From the NCBI GenBank assembly GCA_963695395.1, contig CAVOGK010000031.1, positions 31,637-95,636 of the forward strand: DNA of 64,000 bases, written 5' to 3'. Position 1 is the stretch's first letter. Each line of letters starts with the position of its first letter. A model generated the notes under the pieces. It worked only from the letters and a program-made list of their open reading frames with translations, made no database searches and was not told the origin of the DNA. The position numbers were made by a program, and so were the translations under genes. Below are positions 59,844 through 64,000 of this stretch, piece after piece. This DNA comes from an uncultured Thermoleophilia bacterium (GTDB lineage: Bacteria > Actinomycetota > Thermoleophilia > UBA2241).

Positions 59844-60173
59844 TTGGAGCTTCGAGAGAAGATCGATCCCGGCGTCTGCGGTTTCGACACGTTCGTCACG
59901 GCGACGAGCGACGACGGCAGGAACGTGACGTTCGCCTTCGCGACCGGCTGCGAGACCATCGTGGAGTTTGGGAGGCGGCTCGCGGAGATCTCGCCGGTCG
60001 ACGCGATCCAGACGCTGAGTCCGGAGGAGAACCCTGTGCTTGCGTTGTCGGGAGAGCTGTTGCGAGCGACGGGATGCTGCGAGGCCTGCGTCGTGCCGGT
60101 AGGTACGGTCAAGGCCATGTACGTCGTGACGAACCTTGCTTTGGCCAGAGACGTCTCGCTGAAGCTCACCTGA
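59844..60173 (+). CDS. Small Cys-containing hypothetical protein (DUF6951-like)
   Basis: IDPGVCGF..C..CVVP; TTG start after AAGGAGGA. Confidence 0.65.
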   Translation: MELREKIDPGVCGFDTFVTATSDDGRNVTFAFATGCETIVEFGRRLAEISPVDAIQTLSPEENPVLALSGELLRATGCCEACVVPVGTVKAMYVVTNLALARDVSLKLT

Positions 60174-60203
60174 GGAGACCGCCGCGGGCTGGTCTCACTC
60201 AGG

Positions 60204-60717
60204 GTGACGCGGTGGAACGCAGTGCTCGCTGATGTCCTTGCGCCAGGCCTGTCGGTCGTCTTCTGCGGCACTGCCGCCAGTGCGCGGTCCGCGGCCGTCA
60301 TGCAGTACTACGCGGGGCGGGGCAACAAGTTCTGGCGGATCCTCGACCAGACAGGACTGACCCCGCGGCTTCTCTCGCCGTCGGAGTACCGGCTGCTTCC
60401 CGAGTTTGGGATCGGGCTCACCGACATCGCCAAGGGGCAGTCCGGAGCCGACAAGGACATCGTGTTCGACGACCACGGAGTCGGTCCGCCTGCGCGCGAA
60501 GGTGGTGCACTTTCAGCCGCGCTTCCTCTGCTTCAACGGCAAGCGCGCGGCGCAGGAGTATCTCGGCCGCAAGGACGTCGGTTACGGCCGTCGTGCGGAG
60601 CGCATCGGCGCGACGGCGCTCCACGTGCTGCCGTCGACCGCCGGGCTGGCGAGTGGGTTCTGGGACGAGCAGCGCTGGCACGAGTTCGCGCGGATGGTCA
60701 GGGCGCCGCATCGGTGA
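60204..60717 (+). CDS. mug: Mismatch-specific uracil/thymine DNA glycosylase (frameshift near 60478)
   Basis: VFCGTA, YYAGRGNKFW, GLTD, FNGK, LPST. Confidence 0.8.
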
Positions 60718-60809
60718 GGTGCGACTCGTCGTGTTCGAGTGTTTCTCCGCGGGAATAGCTCGATGGAGTCCTTTGGCTCGAGCAGGATCCTGAACGGGGA
60801 GACGAGACG

Positions 60810-61721
60810 ATGGAACACGCAGCATGGCCCGCGCTTCCTCCTGGGGAGTGGGCAGCGACGAAGACGACGCTGCAGCTCTGCGCGCAGATGATCGGAAAGG
60901 CGCGGCTGGCGCTGGCGCCCCCACGGCCCGAATGGCTTCACGCTGCCCTGCTCCTCGACGGTCGAGGGTTCACGACGGGGGCGGTCCCGCTCGACGATCG
61001 TCTCGTCTCGATGGGCATCGACGTGTATGAGGTCTCGCTGTGGATCGAGGTGAGCGATGGCAGTCGCGTGGTGGTCCCTCTTGGGCCCGACCGGTGCATC
61101 GCCGACATCTGGGCGGACTTCGCCGGGGCTCTCGCCGGCCTCGGCATCGATGTCGACATCTGGGAGAAGCCCCAGGAACTCGCCGATACCACGCCGTTCT
61201 CGGAGAACACCCGTGACGGCACGATCGTCGCCGAGCAGGCGCAGCGGTTCTACCAGGTGCTGGCGAGTGTCAACGGCGCATTCGAGGAGTTTCGCTCGCC
61301 CTTCTTCGGACGCAGCGGCGTCCAGCTGTGGTGGGGGGGCTTCGACTTCTCGGTGCTTCTGTTCAACGGACTCCACATGCCGGCGCCCGACGATCGCGGC
61401 TACATCATGCGCTACGATCTCGACGCCGAGCACCTGAGTGCGGGCTTCTGGCCGGGTGACGAAAACGCGCCTGCGAACTTCTACGCATACCTGACCCCGA
61501 GGCCTGAAGGCTGCGAGAGCGCCTCGATCGAGCCCGACGTCGCGGTCTGGATCGAGGCCATGGGAATGTGGTCCCTGCCGTATGATGCCGTGCGGACGGC
61601 GGATGAACCGCGCCAGGCGATCCTCAGCTTCCTCAACAGCGTCTATCGCGTGGCCATCGAGAAGGGCGGCTGGGATGGTGAGGCGTACGAGTACGTTCGA
61701 CCGGAGCCATCCGCGCGCTGA
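60810..61721 (+). CDS. DUF5996-like protein
   Basis: TL..QMIGK.RL, F.G..S.V..WWGGFD, SAGFWPG, FYAY. Confidence 0.75.
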   Translation: MEHAAWPALPPGEWAATKTTLQLCAQMIGKARLALAPPRPEWLHAALLLDGRGFTTGAVPLDDRLVSMGIDVYEVSLWIEVSDGSRVVVPLGPDRCIADIWADFAGALAGLGIDVDIWEKPQELADTTPFSENTRDGTIVAEQAQRFYQVLASVNGAFEEFRSPFFGRSGVQLWWGGFDFSVLLFNGLHMPAPDDRGYIMRYDLDAEHLSAGFWPGDENAPANFYAYLTPRPEGCESASIEPDVAVWIEAMGMWSLPYDAVRTADEPRQAILSFLNSVYRVAIEKGGWDGEAYEYVRPEPSAR

Positions 61722-61761
61722 CCGCTCGAGTCGACCGTCGCAGCGCAGCGGAGACGTCGCG

Positions 61762-62178
61762 ATGACGCGCGCCCAGCAGCGGTTCGCGTCGTGGACGGCC
61801 GACGTCCTCGTCTACATCGTGGTGCTCAATCTCTTCGTCGAGTTCGTGGACTCGATCGTGATCGACTCCTTCTGGATCTCGATCCTCACCGCCGTGCTGC
61901 TGAAGCTGCTGCTGGACGCCGTCATCGGCGTTGAGCACCGCGTGTCGGCCTTCTTCAAGGCCAGGGAGGGCGGCGTCAACAGAGCGCTCGGCCTCGTCTC
62001 GGTGTTCGCGATACTGTTCTTCAGCAAGTTCGTGATCCTCGAAGCGGTCAACTTCGTGTTCGGCGATCACGTCGAGCTCGGCCACTTCGTCGAGATCGTC
62101 GCGCTCATCGTCGCCATGATGCTCGCTCGGGCCTTGTTGCAGCGCGTCTACGTCCGGCTCGGCCGAACCGCCCGCTGA
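61762..62178 (+). CDS. Hypothetical membrane protein
   Basis: Four hydrophobic helices; GGAG RBS. Confidence 0.7.
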   Translation: MTRAQQRFASWTADVLVYIVVLNLFVEFVDSIVIDSFWISILTAVLLKLLLDAVIGVEHRVSAFFKAREGGVNRALGLVSVFAILFFSKFVILEAVNFVFGDHVELGHFVEIVALIVAMMLARALLQRVYVRLGRTAR

Positions 62179-62224
62179 CCGGCGCCGAGGCCGGTCCTCC
62201 CGAAGCGATCAAGCCCGCGCCGCG

Positions 62225-63389
62225 TCAGGCTCCCGCGACCGCCCGCCCTCTTGCGTTCTTGTGGAAGATGCAGCCCAGCCCGCGGTCGACGATGAGGTCC
62301 AGGCACTTGTTGCACGAGATGCACGTCGCGGGCGTCAGGTCGCCGCCTCGCCAGCGCGCCGCGAGGTGCGGTTCGCGGATGAAGGGGCGGCAGAGCGAGA
62401 CGGCGTCGATCCGCTCGAGCGCCTCGGCGATCCTCTGAGGGTCACGCCAGCCCTCGACGGAGATCACCGGGCAGCGGACCTTGTCCTTGACGGCCAGCGC
62501 GTAGTCGAAGAACCTGCCCTCGGGAATCGGCGCCGGCATGATGTGATCCCAGCCGCCGCGCCTGGCGCCCTCGGGCGTGCCGGCGCTGACCTCGATGGCG
62601 TCGATGCCCAGCCGGTCGAGCGCGCCGGCGACGGCGGCGGCTTCCCGGGGCTGGACGCCGCCGGCGTAGCCGTCGTGGGCGCTCATCTTGACGAACACCG
62701 GGAAGCTGGGGCCGACGGCGCCGCGCACGGCCTCGTAGACCTCGTACAGGAGGCGGGCCCGGCGCTGGAGCGAGCCGCCGTAGGCGTCCTCGCGCCGGTT
62801 CCGGGCCGGGCTCAGGAACTGGTCGATCAGGTAGCCGTGAGCGGCGTGGACCTGCACGGCGTCGAAGCCGGCCCTGAGGGCCCTCGACGCCGCCCGCGCG
62901 TAGTCGTCGACCACACTCGCGATCTGAGCTTTCGTCAGCGCCCGCACCGGGGCTCCGCAGACGGGGTCCACCGCCTCGTCTGACGGCCCGTAGGGCCCCT
63001 CCTTCTCGGTCACCATGACCGGCCGGAGCGTCGACCCGCTGTGCAGGAGCTGCACGGCAAGCAGACCGCCGGCCGCGTGCACCGCGTCGCACATCCGGGC
63101 GAGCGGCGCGATCAGCGCGTCGCGGTCGATGCCGGTGACGTTGGTGGCCCCCCGCCCCTCGCGGGAGACGAAGGCGCTGCCGGCGACGATCAGGCCTGAC
63201 GCCGCCCCGGGCCAGCTCGGCGGTGAGGTCGACGAGCCGCTGCGTGGGGGCGCCGTCGAACGTGGAGAGGCCCTCCTCGGTGGCGCTGCGCACGAGGCGG
63301 TTGGGGATCTCGAGGGATCCAAGTCGCCAAGGGCGGAAGATGCTGCTGATGGCGCCCTGCTTCGGGCGGCTCGTCAACGGGTGCGTCAC
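62225..63389 (-). CDS. NADH:flavin oxidoreductase (OYE family; frameshift near 63200)
   Basis: NRLVRSAT, AGFDAVQVHAAHGYLIDQFLSP, CISCNKC. Confidence 0.88.
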
Positions 63390-63823
63390 CGCGCGTCCTG
63401 TTGCTCGCGTTCGTCCTGGGACTTGCCCGGCGCGGCATACGGCCGGCGCGGGACCAAGCGACGGTACCACAGGCGCGCGCTCGCGGCGTTCGGCCCGGGA
63501 CCGGCCCGGCCGGCGAGCCTGTGCCTCGCCTTGCGGACGGGAGCCCCTGCTCCGCGCGACCCCTTGGTAGACACGTGGATTCGCGCGCCGATCGGGGGTG
63601 GGCTCCGATCAGCGACGGGGGAGAGCCGATGAAGAGCGGTGCCCACGCGGATCCCAGCGAGCGGGCCGTGGGTCGCTCCGGATAGGGGATCTCCCGGCGC
63701 TCCGCCCGGCGTCCGCCGGCGTGCCGGCCGGCGCCGCAGGGAGCGGTGGCCGAGCTGTGGAGGGTCCATGAACGACGCCGCGAAAGCACTGCTGATAGGC
63801 TGAAGTCCTCACTGGAGGATGAT

Positions 63824-64000
63824 GTGAACCGCTGGCAGCACGTACGACGCGTTGTTCTGACCATGACGGCGGCCCTCACGCTGGTGCTCGCGGCGTGGCT
63901 GTGGCCGGCGGGCGTAGCGGGCCCGGCCGTCGCCCTTGAGGGCGAGCCGATCCTCCTCGACGTCGGGGCCAGGCAGCTGATGGGCGGATCCGACTGGTAT
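63824..64000 (+). CDS. Secreted protein, truncated by the window edge
   Basis: GGAGG RBS, GTG start, signal-peptide-like N-terminus, open to the edge. Confidence 0.45.
   Translation, partial: MNRWQHVRRVVLTMTAALTLVLAAWLWPAGVAGPAVALEGEPILLDVGARQLMGGSDWY

Overview
High-GC, actinobacterial-looking DNA (a Thermoleophilia-like origin is an inference from gene content). About the first 54.6 kb is an accessory region ending at an intact tRNA-Arg(CCT) at 54584-54659. Upstream of this tRNA are six further copies of its 5' half, cut in the anticodon loop (49902, 44064, 41331, 39891, 34291, 27067). Each copy is preceded by the same ~90-bp arm and followed by a common TCCGCAGCCT arm, and the copies broadly decay with distance from the tRNA. 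The modules between junctions (1.4-7.2 kb) carry unrelated cargo plus recurring pieces of one backbone: a tyrosine integrase (near-complete at 50894-52198, about nine remnants elsewhere), a small Zn-finger gene and a 51-bp G-rich motif. The best reading is a polarised tandem array of small integrative elements that supply the tRNA 5' half and promoter, the reverse of the usual 3'-half duplication. Cargo includes two copies of an ECF-sigma/His-rich module with a clear shared promoter motif, TetR/DUF4386 units, a GntR-corrinoid cluster, an ABC exporter, a DUF433/DUF5615 TA pair, two integron attC-like sites and an IntI-like scrap. The last ~9 kb holds ordinary metabolic genes. Frameshifts occur throughout, including outside the array, so some are probably sequencing errors. 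All family calls are motif recognition by eye; no searches were run.
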